The notes beneath the pieces were generated by a model. It searched no databases. It saw only the letters and a program-made list of their open reading frames with translations, and was not told where the DNA came from. Positions 40,636 through 50,105 of a stretch of 64,000 bases of DNA are shown piece after piece. The DNA lies in contig CAWHEU010000027.1 of NCBI GenBank assembly GCA_963828465.1, positions 1 through 64,000 of the forward strand, read 5' to 3'. This DNA is from an uncultured Acidobacteriota bacterium (lineage in GTDB: Bacteria > Actinomycetota > Acidimicrobiia > Spongiisociales > ZC4RG35). Numbering within the stretch: position 1 is the stretch's first letter; every line of letters starts with the position of its first letter. The translations under genes and the position numbers were made by a program.

Positions 40636-42174
40636 TCAGACATCCGAGTCCGGGAAAGAGGCCTTGCGCTGAGCCACCCACTCGGTCAGCTCCGCCTCGA
40701 TGGCTTCGTCCAGGGAGGGCGGCTCGTACTCATTGAGCATCTTGCGCCAGATCGTGTGCGCCCTCGAGGCGGCCTCCTGGGATCCCGCTTCGAGCCATTG
40801 CTCGAAGCTGTTGTTGTCCGCGGTGGCGCTGCGCCAGAAGGCGTTCTCGAAGTTGGCCAGGGTGTGGGCGTTCCCCAGGAAATGCTGTCCAGGCGGATTG
40901 TCGAGGAGGGCGTCGAGAGCCTGACCGTTGTCCGAGAGGTCCAATCCTCCGATCAGTGCTTCGGCCATCGATGCTTGATCCGCGTCCAGGACGAACTTCT
41001 CGTACCCCATCACCAGCCCCCCCTCCAGCCAGCCCGCGGTGTGGAGCACGAAATTGACCCCGGCGAGAAGGGTCGGAAGAAAGGTGGCAGCGGATTCGTA
41101 GGCCGCTTGGTAATCAGGGGTCTTAGCCGCCGTGAGATTCCCACCGCTGCGGAAGGGGACACCAAGTCGCCGGGCCAGCGCTGCCATCACGAAAAGAACG
41201 ATCGCCGGCTCGGGTGTGCCGAACGTGGGAGCACCCGACTGCATCGAGATCGAGGAGGCGAAGGACCCGAACACGACGGGTGCACCGGGCCGCACCAACT
41301 GGCAAAAGGCCATGCCGGCCAACGCCTCGGCAAGGGTCTGAGTTGCGGTCCCGGCCACCGTGACCGGCGCCATCGCCCCGGAGAGGATGAAGGGAGTGAT
41401 GAGGCACGCCTGGTTGTTCTCGGCGTAGACCTTGGCCGAGCCGAGCATGTTGTAGTCCCAGCTCATCGGGCTGTTGGCGTTGCACAGAGACAACAGGACC
41501 GTCTTCCCCTCGTCGATGTCGCCACCGAACAGGATCCTGACCATGTCGACCGTGTCCTGGGCCCGCTCGGGCGCGGTGACCGAGCCCATGAACGCGCGGT
41601 CGTGATTCTTGATATGGGCAAGGACCATGTCGAAGTGCCGTTTGTTGACCGGCAGGTCGACCGGCTCGCACAGGGTCCCGCCACCGTGATGCAGTGCGGG
41701 CGTCAGGTGAGTCAGACGGGCGAAGTTCTCGAAGTCGGCGAGCGTGGCGTAGCGACGACCTCCATCCAGGTCGCGGACGAAAGGAGATCCGTAGGCCGGG
41801 GCGAAGACGAGATGGGGGTCGCCGATCACGACGTCGTGCTCGGGGTTCCGGGCGTGCTGGGTGAAGGTCGTTGGCGCGGTTGCCATGAGACTCCTGGCCA
41901 GCCCGGCAGGGAATCTGACCCGGGTCTCGGTGACCTCACATCCACCCTCGCGGAAGATCTCCAGCGCCTCGGGGAAGTTGCCCACCTCGATGCCGACTCT
42001 CTCGAGGAGCAGATCGGCATTGGATTCGATCAGGGAGAGCCCCTCCTCGTCGAGCACCTCGACCGGTGACAGCTTTCGAGTGAGGAACGGCACCGACTCG
42101 ATGGCCCGAGCGGTCCTTGCTGCCTGCCGGGCGGCGCGGCCACCGCCCCGACGTCCCGTGCTGGTCTGTTCCAT
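40636..42174 (-). CDS. Non-pyrrolysine MttB-superfamily methyltransferase (glycine betaine:corrinoid methyltransferase, MtgB-like)
   Basis: RRGGGRAAR N-terminus, FTQHARNP, PAYGSPFVRD, LCEPVDLP, NANSP, TPFILSGAMAP, SMQSGAPTFGTPE, HTAGWLEGGL. No in-frame amber codon. Confidence 0.9.
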   Translation of the reverse strand: MEQTSTGRRGGGRAARQAARTARAIESVPFLTRKLSPVEVLDEEGLSLIESNADLLLERVGIEVGNFPEALEIFREGGCEVTETRVRFPAGLARSLMATAPTTFTQHARNPEHDVVIGDPHLVFAPAYGSPFVRDLDGGRRYATLADFENFARLTHLTPALHHGGGTLCEPVDLPVNKRHFDMVLAHIKNHDRAFMGSVTAPERAQDTVDMVRILFGGDIDEGKTVLLSLCNANSPMSWDYNMLGSAKVYAENNQACLITPFILSGAMAPVTVAGTATQTLAEALAGMAFCQLVRPGAPVVFGSFASSISMQSGAPTFGTPEPAIVLFVMAALARRLGVPFRSGGNLTAAKTPDYQAAYESAATFLPTLLAGVNFVLHTAGWLEGGLVMGYEKFVLDADQASMAEALIGGLDLSDNGQALDALLDNPPGQHFLGNAHTLANFENAFWRSATADNNSFEQWLEAGSQEAASRAHTIWRKMLNEYEPPSLDEAIEAELTEWVAQRKASFPDSDV

Positions 42175-42204
42175 GATGCGGTACCAGACTACATCATGGA
42201 ACAG
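42166..42204. promoter_or_regulatory. 39-bp inverted-repeat operator overlapping the MttB-family gene start and its -10 box (candidate IclR site, copy 1)
   Basis: CTGTTCCATGATG-N13-CATCATGGAACAG with perfect 13-bp arms. The spacer contains TAGTCT on the minus strand. Confidence 0.75.
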
Positions 42205-42235
42205 GAGCCGGGAAGGGCCGTGGCAGAGCGAGTGG

Positions 42236-44188
42236 TCACCCGGGGCGTCTCCGCCGCCGCTCTCCTGGCTCGGGTCGAGGTGGCATGTCCACCACCTTGG
42301 AGAGGAGCGGGTAGGGGTCGGTCTTGTGGGGTATGGCCAAAGCAGCCACGAAATGCTCCTGGAATCGCGGCTCGACGGCGGTCTCCACCTTCTCGATCTG
42401 GTTTGTGACCTCCTCGATCTCGCTGCGTGCGACACCGGATAGGAGGGCCATCATCGCCCCGACTCCGGCGGCGTTTCCCGCCGCCGATACCCGGTCGAGA
42501 TCGCAGTCGGGGATCATCCCGAGCACCATGGCGTACTTCGGGTCGATATGGCTCCCGAAGGCGCCCGCCAGCCTGATCTCGTCGACCTGATCGACGCCGT
42601 AGTGGTCCATCAGGAGCCGGGCTCCGGCGTGAAGCGCGGCCTTGGCCAACTGAACGGCGCGCACATCGTTCTGCGTCACCTCTATGAGTGGCTCGGCACA
42701 CAAGACGTACGAGAAAGTGCGGTCCGAAGCCACCACTCGTGACGACGGATTGGCCGGTGGGCGGATGACCCCGTCGGTGTCGATCACTGCGGCTAGATAC
42801 AGCTCTGCAATCGCCTCGATGATCCCCGAACCGCAGACCCCGGTGACGGCCCCGAAGTCGAAGCCGGCCTCGTCCGACCAAGGCTCCTGGCCGATTACGG
42901 AAAAACGGGGCTCCAGAGTCGCCCGATCCACGCGGACCCGCTCGATCGCCCCTGGCGCTGCTCGTTGCCCGGCGGAGATCTGCGCTCCTTCGAACGCGGG
43001 CCCGGTCGGGCTCGAGGCGGCCAGGAGGCGTTCTTGATTCCCGAGCACCAATTCGGCGTTGGTACCCACGTCGACGAGCAATTGCAGACGCTCGCCACGA
43101 TGCGGGCCTTCGGACAGCACCACCCCGGCGGCGTCGGCGCCGACATGGCCGGCGATGCAGGGAAGCGAATAGACCCTGGCACCGCGGTGGACCTGCAGTC
43201 CGAGGTCGGAGGCGGGCGTGTCGAGGGCCGACGTGGTGACCAACGCAAACGGAGCGGTGCCCAGCTCCCGTGGGTCGAGCCCGAGGAGCAGGTGGTGCAT
43301 GATCGGGTTGCCGACAACACTCAGTTCCAGGACATCACCTCGATCGACACCGGCCTCGGTGACCAACTCACCGAGCAAGTCGTCGAGGGCGCCTCGCACC
43401 ACGTCCGTCAGCCGGCTCGCACCGTCATCGTTCATCATCACGTACGAGACACGGCTCATCAGATCCTCACCAAACCCGATCTGAGGATTCATCACGCCAC
43501 TCGTGGCTAGCACCGACCCGGTCAGGAGATCGCAGAGGTGGCCGGCGATGGTGGTCGAGCCAACATCGAAGGCCACCCCGAGAGCGAGATCACGGAAGCC
43601 GGGCCAGATCGCGATCAGATCCCTGGCATGACGCACCGCGACAGTCACCGCCCAGTTCCCACTTCGGAGGGTCGTCTGGAGATCTCTCAGGACCGGAGGG
43701 TCCACCACCAGTCCGCGCAGACCCCACTCCTGTTCGAGAGCGGCGAGGAGACGCTCCAGGTCTCCGGTCGGGCTGGCCAGATCGGGCTCCGGTACCTCGA
43801 CGTAGTGAAGCCGGACCACGGGATCTACCGGCAGGGCGGCCACACCGGCCCGCTTGCGCACCACCTGGCGATGGACCTGGCTGTCCGCCGGGACATCGAT
43901 GACGACGTCCTCCACGATCCGGGCGGCACAACCCAGTCGGTGGCCGGCGCCCAGCGGTCGCCGACCCTGATAGTCGGTCTCGGTGGGTCCGGGCTCGGAG
44001 AGACGGTCGGCACGGGCCTCGACGCCGGGTCGGCTGCCCATGACCACCTGGCAGCGCCCGCATATTCCCCGGCCGCCGCATACCGAGTCGAGGTCCACTC
44101 CGAGGGCCCGGGCGGCGTCCAGCACTGTGGTGCCCTCGGGAAACGCTCCGCGTCGCCCCGAAGGGCTGAACACCACCTGACGCGTCAC
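42236..44188 (-). CDS. Reductive activator of corrinoid proteins (RACE/RamA-like; 2Fe-2S ferredoxin + ASKHA ATPase, DUF4445)
   Basis: CGGRGICGRC...RLGC ferredoxin, DVGSTTI, NPQIGFGEDLMSR, GHVGAD, DVGTNAE, TGPAFEG, GVCGSG, TQNDVRAVQLAKAA, LAGAFG, GNAA. Confidence 0.92.
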   Translation of the reverse strand: MTRQVVFSPSGRRGAFPEGTTVLDAARALGVDLDSVCGGRGICGRCQVVMGSRPGVEARADRLSEPGPTETDYQGRRPLGAGHRLGCAARIVEDVVIDVPADSQVHRQVVRKRAGVAALPVDPVVRLHYVEVPEPDLASPTGDLERLLAALEQEWGLRGLVVDPPVLRDLQTTLRSGNWAVTVAVRHARDLIAIWPGFRDLALGVAFDVGSTTIAGHLCDLLTGSVLATSGVMNPQIGFGEDLMSRVSYVMMNDDGASRLTDVVRGALDDLLGELVTEAGVDRGDVLELSVVGNPIMHHLLLGLDPRELGTAPFALVTTSALDTPASDLGLQVHRGARVYSLPCIAGHVGADAAGVVLSEGPHRGERLQLLVDVGTNAELVLGNQERLLAASSPTGPAFEGAQISAGQRAAPGAIERVRVDRATLEPRFSVIGQEPWSDEAGFDFGAVTGVCGSGIIEAIAELYLAAVIDTDGVIRPPANPSSRVVASDRTFSYVLCAEPLIEVTQNDVRAVQLAKAALHAGARLLMDHYGVDQVDEIRLAGAFGSHIDPKYAMVLGMIPDCDLDRVSAAGNAAGVGAMMALLSGVARSEIEEVTNQIEKVETAVEPRFQEHFVAALAIPHKTDPYPLLSKVVDMPPRPEPGERRRRRPG

Positions 44189-44194
44189 GGCCGG

Positions 44195-45091
44195 TCAGCC
44201 GCGACGGCGGCGGTTCTCACGACGACGGCCTTCCTCGCCGGCGGCGGGAGGCTCTCGATAGGTCTTGATCCAGGTGGCGCAGTTGGGGTCGCGCCCGTTC
44301 AAGACGTCGGCGGCCATGATCGACTGGCGGATCTCGGCCTCGAGAGGGTTGGTGATCGCCGATGTCATGCCGGCACCGATCGCCATGGCCAGGAAGGCGG
44401 CATTGATCCCGGCCCGATTGGGGAGGCCGAAACTGATGTTGGAGGCCCCGCACGTGGTGTTTACCCCCAACTCGTCGCGAAGCCTCCCGATCAGGTGGAA
44501 CACCTGCCTCCCCGCCGTGGCCATGGCGCCGATTGGCATCACCAATGGGTCGACCACGACGTCTTCCCGGGGTATGCCGTGATCAGCGGCCCGTCCGACG
44601 ATCTTCTTCGCCACCTCGAACCGGACATCGGGGTCCTCGGAGATCCCGGTTTCGTCGTTGGAAATCGCGACCACTGCCGCCCCGTGCTTCGCGATGAGAG
44701 GCAGAACCTGTTCGAGGCGCTCCTCCTCCCCGGTGACCGAGTTCACCAGGGCCTTGCCCCGATACGCGAGGAGCCCGGACTCGAGGGCGGCGACGATCGA
44801 CGAGTCGATGGACAAGGGGGCGTCCGTCAATGACTGGACCAGCTCGACAGCCCGGGCGAGCAGTGCAGGTTCGTCGGCGAGGGGGATGCCGGCATTCACA
44901 TCGAGCATCTGCGCGCCGGCGCCGACCTGACTCAAGGCGTCTGCCTCCACTCGGGAGAAGTCGCCCTTCTTCATCTCTTCGGCGAGGAGCCGACGCCCGG
45001 TTGGATTGATTCGCTCCCCGATCAAGACGAAGGGACGCTCGAATCCGATGACGACTTCGCGGGTCTCCGAGGAGACGACGGTGTCGGTCAT
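44195..45091 (-). CDS. Pterin-binding methyltetrahydrofolate:corrinoid methyltransferase (stand-alone MetH folate domain)
   Basis: IGERINPTGR, LDVNAG, LSIDSS, LVNSVTGEEE, DPLVMPIG, CGASNISFGLPNR, SAITNP. Confidence 0.9.
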   Translation of the reverse strand: MTDTVVSSETREVVIGFERPFVLIGERINPTGRRLLAEEMKKGDFSRVEADALSQVGAGAQMLDVNAGIPLADEPALLARAVELVQSLTDAPLSIDSSIVAALESGLLAYRGKALVNSVTGEEERLEQVLPLIAKHGAAVVAISNDETGISEDPDVRFEVAKKIVGRAADHGIPREDVVVDPLVMPIGAMATAGRQVFHLIGRLRDELGVNTTCGASNISFGLPNRAGINAAFLAMAIGAGMTSAITNPLEAEIRQSIMAADVLNGRDPNCATWIKTYREPPAAGEEGRRRENRRRRG

Positions 45092-45399
45092 CGTGTCCCG
45101 CCGTTGGCGGCGAGATCGTTCAAGGTCTCGGAGTCGTATTCGGTCTCGAGACGCGCCGCTTCGGAGGCGACTTCTGACTCGAGATCGTCACCGCACGGTC
45201 TGGTGTCCTTGACCCATTCCGACAGGTACTCGTCGGTACCGAACAGGCCCGCGTACATGGCGGCACGATCGATCGCGACCTGGAACCTCGCCGAGAGCTC
45301 GCTTTTGGCTGTCTCATCGCCCCGACGGGCAAGCACCTGGGCGGGGATCTCCCGCCAGCGAATGACGGTCAGCTGGGGCCCGCGTACCCGCGGACTCAC
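45088..45399 (-). CDS. Small 'Virulence factor' (Pfam Virulence_fact-like) domain protein associated with split methionine synthase loci
   Basis: LTVIRWREIPAQV, LSARFQVAIDRAAM, TDEYLSEW. Translationally coupled on both sides. Confidence 0.75.
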   Translation of the reverse strand: MSPRVRGPQLTVIRWREIPAQVLARRGDETAKSELSARFQVAIDRAAMYAGLFGTDEYLSEWVKDTRPCGDDLESEVASEAARLETEYDSETLNDLAANGGTR

Positions 45400-46007
45400 G
45401 CCGGCACCCGTCGGGTGACCTCAACGAGCGTGGAGGCCAGGTCGCCGTAGCCGGTGTGTCGTTGCTCGAACGAGAGACCGAGACGGTGGGCCGCCGCCTT
45501 GGCGCGTTCGACGAGGTCGGACGTGGGGACCTGGGAGAGATAGACCAGACGGCGGTAATTGCCGAAGTAGGTGTCACGGAGATCGGGCCAGCGATCGAGA
45601 CCGAGACCGGCCCACACCAGACGATCGAAGTGGTGTGCGAGGAAATCGGTCAGGTAGAACGTGCCCGGCTCACGGGCGTGCAGGTCCGAGAAGCCGGGCC
45701 CGGTGGCGTAGAACTCGTAGCAATGGGCCCCGGGCAAGCGGCCCACTCCTCGTGCTTCTAGTACCCGGTCGAGTAGGCCGCCGGTCCCGCAGTCGGCGTA
45801 ACCGACGAAGACGTTCCTGTATCGCTCCTCAGCGGCATCGAGGCGCGCCTCGACCGCGGCCGGAATGAGGTCCGGGGTGTTGTGGAGATTGGCGGGGAGG
45901 CACTCGACGTCGACCCAGTCCAGCGAGTTGAGTCGCACGACGTCGAGGACCTCGCGGGCCAGCGCCCCGCAGGCGATCACCAGTAGTCGATCGCCCTCGT
46001 CGCTCAT
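45396..46007 (-). CDS. DUF1638-family protein (corrinoid reactivation accessory)
   Basis: LVIACGALARE, CLPANLHN.P, YADCGTGG.LD, HCYEFY, PGTFYLTDFL, YFGNY. Confidence 0.85.
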   Translation of the reverse strand: MSDEGDRLLVIACGALAREVLDVVRLNSLDWVDVECLPANLHNTPDLIPAAVEARLDAAEERYRNVFVGYADCGTGGLLDRVLEARGVGRLPGAHCYEFYATGPGFSDLHAREPGTFYLTDFLAHHFDRLVWAGLGLDRWPDLRDTYFGNYRRLVYLSQVPTSDLVERAKAAAHRLGLSFEQRHTGYGDLASTLVEVTRRVPA

Positions 46008-46705
46008 TGGTCTTCACCTCCCGTGAGGCGGCGAGCCAGCACGAGAGCTTCGGCGGTCTCCGTTGCGACGGCGGCATCACGGCAGTAGGCGTCGGCGCCG
46101 ATTGCTTGCCCAAACTCCTCGTTGAGCGGGGCGCCACCGACCATGACGATGTAGTCGTCCCGGATGTTCTTCTCCTTCAGGGCTTCGATGACCACCTTCA
46201 TGTAGGGCATGGTGGTGGTCAGCAAGGCAGACATTCCGAGGATGTCGGGCTTGTGCTCGTCGAGAGCGGCGATGAACTCGTCGGCATCGGTGTTGATCCC
46301 CAGGTTGATCACCTCGAACCCGGCCCCTTCCAGCATCATCGCGACAAGGTTCTTTCCGATGTCGTGGATGTCGCCCTTCACTGTCCCGATCACGACCTTG
46401 CCGATCGTCTGGGCCCCGGTTTCGGCGAGCAGGGGCCGCAGCACCTCCATGCCCGCCTTCATTGCGTTGGCGGCAAGCAGCACCTCGGGGACGAAGAGGA
46501 TGCCGTCCCGAAAATCGATCCCAACGATCCGCATACCTTCGACCAGGGCATCATTGAGGACCCTCTGCGGATCCCAGCCCCGGGAGAGCAGGATCTCTGT
46601 CCCCTCGACGATCTCGTCGGCAAGACCGTCGTAGAGGTCGTCGTGCATCTGATTCGCCAGATCAGGGTCGGAAAGTGAATTCAGATCGAGTTCATCGTCG
46701 GCCAT
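46004..46705 (-). CDS. Cobalamin-binding corrinoid protein (stand-alone MetH cap + B12 domain)
   Basis: LVEGM..VG..F..G.LFVPEVL, GTVKGDIHDIGKNLV (DxHxxG), MSALLTTTM, VGGAP. Has a GGAG RBS. Confidence 0.93.
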   Translation of the reverse strand: MADDELDLNSLSDPDLANQMHDDLYDGLADEIVEGTEILLSRGWDPQRVLNDALVEGMRIVGIDFRDGILFVPEVLLAANAMKAGMEVLRPLLAETGAQTIGKVVIGTVKGDIHDIGKNLVAMMLEGAGFEVINLGINTDADEFIAALDEHKPDILGMSALLTTTMPYMKVVIEALKEKNIRDDYIVMVGGAPLNEEFGQAIGADAYCRDAAVATETAEALVLARRLTGGEDQ

Positions 46706-46729
46706 CGCCACTCCATGAGATCACCGTTC

Positions 46730-46768
46730 GTGTTCCACGATGCGGGGCTGTGCTATATGTTGGAACAC
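46730..46768. promoter_or_regulatory. 39-bp operator in the divergent corrinoid-protein / dimethylglycine dehydrogenase promoter (candidate IclR site, copy 2)
   Basis: GTGTTCCACGATGCGG...TATATGTTGGAACAC has the same length and conserved core (TGTTCCA-N-GATGCGG...TA...TGGAACA) as 42166-42204. TAGTCT follows immediately at 46769-46774. Confidence 0.72.
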
Positions 46769-46836
46769 TAGTCTGCCGCCCCACCAGGGTCCATGGCGGG
46801 CCATGATTGACCTGACCGGAGAACGAGGTTTCAGAC

Positions 46837-49344
46837 GTGAGTGATGTGCCTTCCAGTGCGAGCGTGGTGGTGATCGGAGCGGGGATCGTCGGCAACTCGG
46901 TGGTGGGCCATCTCGCCGAGCTCGGCTGGCGCGACATCGTCCAAATCGACAAGGGACCGCTGCCCAATCCAGGCGGATCGACCGGTCACGCCTCCAACTT
47001 CATCTTCCCGGTCGATCACAACAAGGAAATGGCGATGCTCACCCTCGACAGCCAACGTCAGTACGAGGAGATGGGGGTCAACGTCACCTGCGGTGGGATC
47101 GAGGTTGCCCGCACCAAGGAGCGGATGGAAGAGCTGCGCAGGCGGATGAGCTCGGCGAAGAACTGGGACATGGAGGCACATCTGGTGACTCCGGCCGAGA
47201 TAAAGGAGCTGGTCCCTTTCATCAACGAGAAGATCCTCCTCGGGGGCTGTTACTTCCCCACGGTGTCGGCCGTCGACTCGCTGCGAGCGGGGACGATCTT
47301 CAGGGAGAAGGCAAACGGCCTCGGAGCGTTGCAGACCATGGCCAACACCGAGATCCTCGGCATCGAGACCGATCGAGGACGGGTCACGGCGGTCGTCACC
47401 GACAAGGGCCGCGTCGAGGCCGAGTACGTGGTGATCGCCTGCGGGGTGTGGAGCCCCCGGATCGCCCGTATGGCCGGGGCCAGCATCCCCCTCACCCCGG
47501 CAGTGCACCAGATGATCGATGTCGGGCCGATCCCGATCCTCCAGGAGTCAGGCAAGGAACTCGCCTTCCCCATCGTGCGCGACATGGACACTTTTATGTA
47601 CGAGCGACAGACCTCGGGGTCGATGGAGGTCGGCTCCTACGCCCATCGCCCGATATTTCATTCCCCCGATGAGATCCCATCGATCGCCGAGGCCCGCCTC
47701 TCCCCGACCGAGCTTCCCTTCACGGAGGACGACTTCGACACCCAGCTGGAGGACGCGCTCGAGCTGATGCCCGAGATCCTGTCCCAAGCAGAGATCAAGT
47801 ACGCCATCAACGGACTGCTCTCACTCACCCCCGATGCCATGCCCCTGATCGGCGAGACGGTCGAGGTGCGAAATCTCTGGTCGGCTGCCGCCATCTGGAT
47901 CAAGGAGGGGCCGGGTACGGGCCGGGCGGTGGCGGAGTGGATGACCAACGGGTATCCCGAGCTAGATCCGCACGCCTCGGACATCGCCCGCTTCTACCCT
48001 TACGCCCGCACCGAGCACCACGTTCGGGCTCGCTGCGCCGAGCATTTCAACAAGACGTACGGGATCGTCCATCCCCGAGAGCAGTGGGCCTCCGAACGGG
48101 ACAAGAGGCTCTCCCCGGTGCATTCCCGCACCGCCGAGCTGGGCGCGGTCTATTTCGAGGCCGGAGGATGGGAGCGCCCGCACTGGTACGAGTCGAACGC
48201 ACCTCTCGTCGATCACTACGGAATCGAAGACCGGCCCCACGAATGGGACCGGCGTTGGTGGTCGCCGATCCAAAACGCCGAACACCTGGCCATGCGGGAG
48301 AAGGTGGGTCTCGTCGACCTGGCGCCTTTCGTCATCTTTGATTTCACCGGCCTCGGGGTCGTCGATTTCATCCAGCGGATGACGGTCAACAACGCCGATG
48401 TGGCAGTAGGCCGCTCGGTGTACACCCCTTTGCTCACCGGGTCCGGAGGGTTCAAGGCCGACCTGACAGTGCTCAGGCTGGGTGAGGAGCATTTCAGGGT
48501 GATCACCGGCGCGTTCGACGGGCCAAGGGACAAGCACTGGTTCCAGAGCCATCTCCCCGAGGACGGGTCGGTCTACATGAGCGATTCCACCTCGGCCTAC
48601 ACCACCATCGGTGTCTGGGGACCCGAGGCGCGCAATCTCATCTCATCCATCACGGATCACGACCTCTCCAACGAGGCTTTCCCCTACGGGACGACCCAGG
48701 CGGTCGACTTCGGCTCGATCAACGCCCGACTCTTCCGGATCTCGTATGTCGGCGACCTGGGCTGGGAGGTCTACGTGCCCACCGAGGCCGGGCGCCTGAT
48801 GTGGGACCAGCTGTGGGGGGCAGGACAGGATCTCGGCGTCGTGGCCGTGGGCGCCGGGGTGTACGGGACCACGGGCCGCCTGGAGAAGGGCTACCGGCTG
48901 ATGGGGTCTGAGCTGGAGAGCGAGTACAACCCCGTCGAGGCGGGGTTGGCCAGGCCGCGGGTCAAGGAACACGATTTCATCGGGAAGGAGGCGTATCTGT
49001 CCGCCCGGGAGGAGGAGCCGGCGGCGACCCTGTGCACCCTCACCGTGGAGGACCATGTCTCCCCCCGCGATGGGATAAAGCGCTACCCCACCGGGCGGGA
49101 GCCGATCACCACGCCCGATGGCGGCCGAATCACCGACCGGAAGGGTCGGCCGTCCTACGTCACCACCGCCGGGGCGGGGCCCTCGGTGGGCAAGTTCCTC
49201 CTGATGTCCTATCTGCCACCGGAGCACGCCGTTGTGGGCAACGACCTCGCCGTGATGTACATGAACGAGCTCTATCCGGTGAAAGTGGCGGTCGCCGGCT
49301 CGACTCCGTTGTTCGACCCCCACGACGCCCGGATGAAGGGGTGA
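46837..49344 (+). CDS. Dimethylglycine dehydrogenase/oxidase-like flavoprotein (FAD domain + GcvT folate domain)
   Basis: VVIGAGIVG, GGSTGHA (His for covalent FAD), ACGVW, INGLLSLTPD, GWERPHWY, GVWGP.AR, RISYVGDLGWE, RLEKGYR. Confidence 0.85.
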   Translation: MSDVPSSASVVVIGAGIVGNSVVGHLAELGWRDIVQIDKGPLPNPGGSTGHASNFIFPVDHNKEMAMLTLDSQRQYEEMGVNVTCGGIEVARTKERMEELRRRMSSAKNWDMEAHLVTPAEIKELVPFINEKILLGGCYFPTVSAVDSLRAGTIFREKANGLGALQTMANTEILGIETDRGRVTAVVTDKGRVEAEYVVIACGVWSPRIARMAGASIPLTPAVHQMIDVGPIPILQESGKELAFPIVRDMDTFMYERQTSGSMEVGSYAHRPIFHSPDEIPSIAEARLSPTELPFTEDDFDTQLEDALELMPEILSQAEIKYAINGLLSLTPDAMPLIGETVEVRNLWSAAAIWIKEGPGTGRAVAEWMTNGYPELDPHASDIARFYPYARTEHHVRARCAEHFNKTYGIVHPREQWASERDKRLSPVHSRTAELGAVYFEAGGWERPHWYESNAPLVDHYGIEDRPHEWDRRWWSPIQNAEHLAMREKVGLVDLAPFVIFDFTGLGVVDFIQRMTVNNADVAVGRSVYTPLLTGSGGFKADLTVLRLGEEHFRVITGAFDGPRDKHWFQSHLPEDGSVYMSDSTSAYTTIGVWGPEARNLISSITDHDLSNEAFPYGTTQAVDFGSINARLFRISYVGDLGWEVYVPTEAGRLMWDQLWGAGQDLGVVAVGAGVYGTTGRLEKGYRLMGSELESEYNPVEAGLARPRVKEHDFIGKEAYLSAREEEPAATLCTLTVEDHVSPRDGIKRYPTGREPITTPDGGRITDRKGRPSYVTTAGAGPSVGKFLLMSYLPPEHAVVGNDLAVMYMNELYPVKVAVAGSTPLFDPHDARMKG

Positions 49345-50105
49345 GGACCCTCGTCTGCATCAAGCGGGTCCCGGCTCCGGGTGCCCGCATCGTCCTCACC
49401 GACGACCGACAGGCGATCGACGCTCGACACCTGCCGTTCACGACCAGCCCTCATGAGGAGTGCGCCGTCGAGGAGGCGGTCCGTATCAAAGAGCAGCACG
49501 GCGGGACAGTGGTCGTGATGACCCTCGGCCCGGCGGAGGCCGAGGAACAACTTCGCTATGCCGTGTCGGTGGGCGCCGACGAGGCGGTATTGCTGGCGAC
49601 TGACGGGGCCGATTGGGACCCGCAGGCGACGGCTGCCGCTCTCGTCGCCAGGATCGAAGAACTCGAGGCCGGAGATGGCCGGTTCGATCTCATCCTCTTC
49701 GGCAACGAGTCTGCCGACGCCGGTGGGTATCAAGTGGGGATCCGGGTGGCTCATGCTCTGGGCCGGCCGGTGGTGGGCGGGATCAAGGCCATAGACATGG
49801 AAGACGAGACGATGGTCGCCCGGCGGGAGACCGACGCCGGATTCGAGGTCTACCGGCTCCCGATCCCGGCTGTTGCGGCTGTAAAAGAGGGGATCAACCT
49901 GCCCCGATATCCGACCCTTCCCTCCCGGCTCAGGGCCAAGAAGGTGGAGGTGTCGAGCGCCGCCCCGGAACATTCACCGGGTGGCCTTCGCATGCTCCGT
50001 CTGGTCAACCCTCCAGAGGTGGCCAGTTCGACCACGATCCTCGGCCAGGGACCCGACGCTGCCCCGGCGGTGGCCGACCTGTTCGAGGAGCTGGGTCTGC
50101 TGTGA
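49341..50105 (+). CDS. etfB: Electron transfer flavoprotein beta subunit
   Basis: LVCIKRVP, EECAVEEAVRIKE, MTLGP, FGNESAD, NLPRYPTL. GTGA overlap with the upstream gene. Confidence 0.88.
   Translation: MRTLVCIKRVPAPGARIVLTDDRQAIDARHLPFTTSPHEECAVEEAVRIKEQHGGTVVVMTLGPAEAEEQLRYAVSVGADEAVLLATDGADWDPQATAAALVARIEELEAGDGRFDLILFGNESADAGGYQVGIRVAHALGRPVVGGIKAIDMEDETMVARRETDAGFEVYRLPIPAVAAVKEGINLPRYPTLPSRLRAKKVEVSSAAPEHSPGGLRMLRLVNPPEVASSTTILGQGPDAAPAVADLFEELGLL

Noticed and set aside
40636-42174. Possible pyrrolysine-containing trimethylamine methyltransferase
   Set aside because: The ORF is uninterrupted with no in-frame TAG, and there are no pyl genes or tRNA-Pyl in the window.
45088-45399. Virulence function implied by the domain name
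   Set aside because: The context is entirely corrinoid/folate methyl transfer, and nothing in the sequence suggests pathogenicity.
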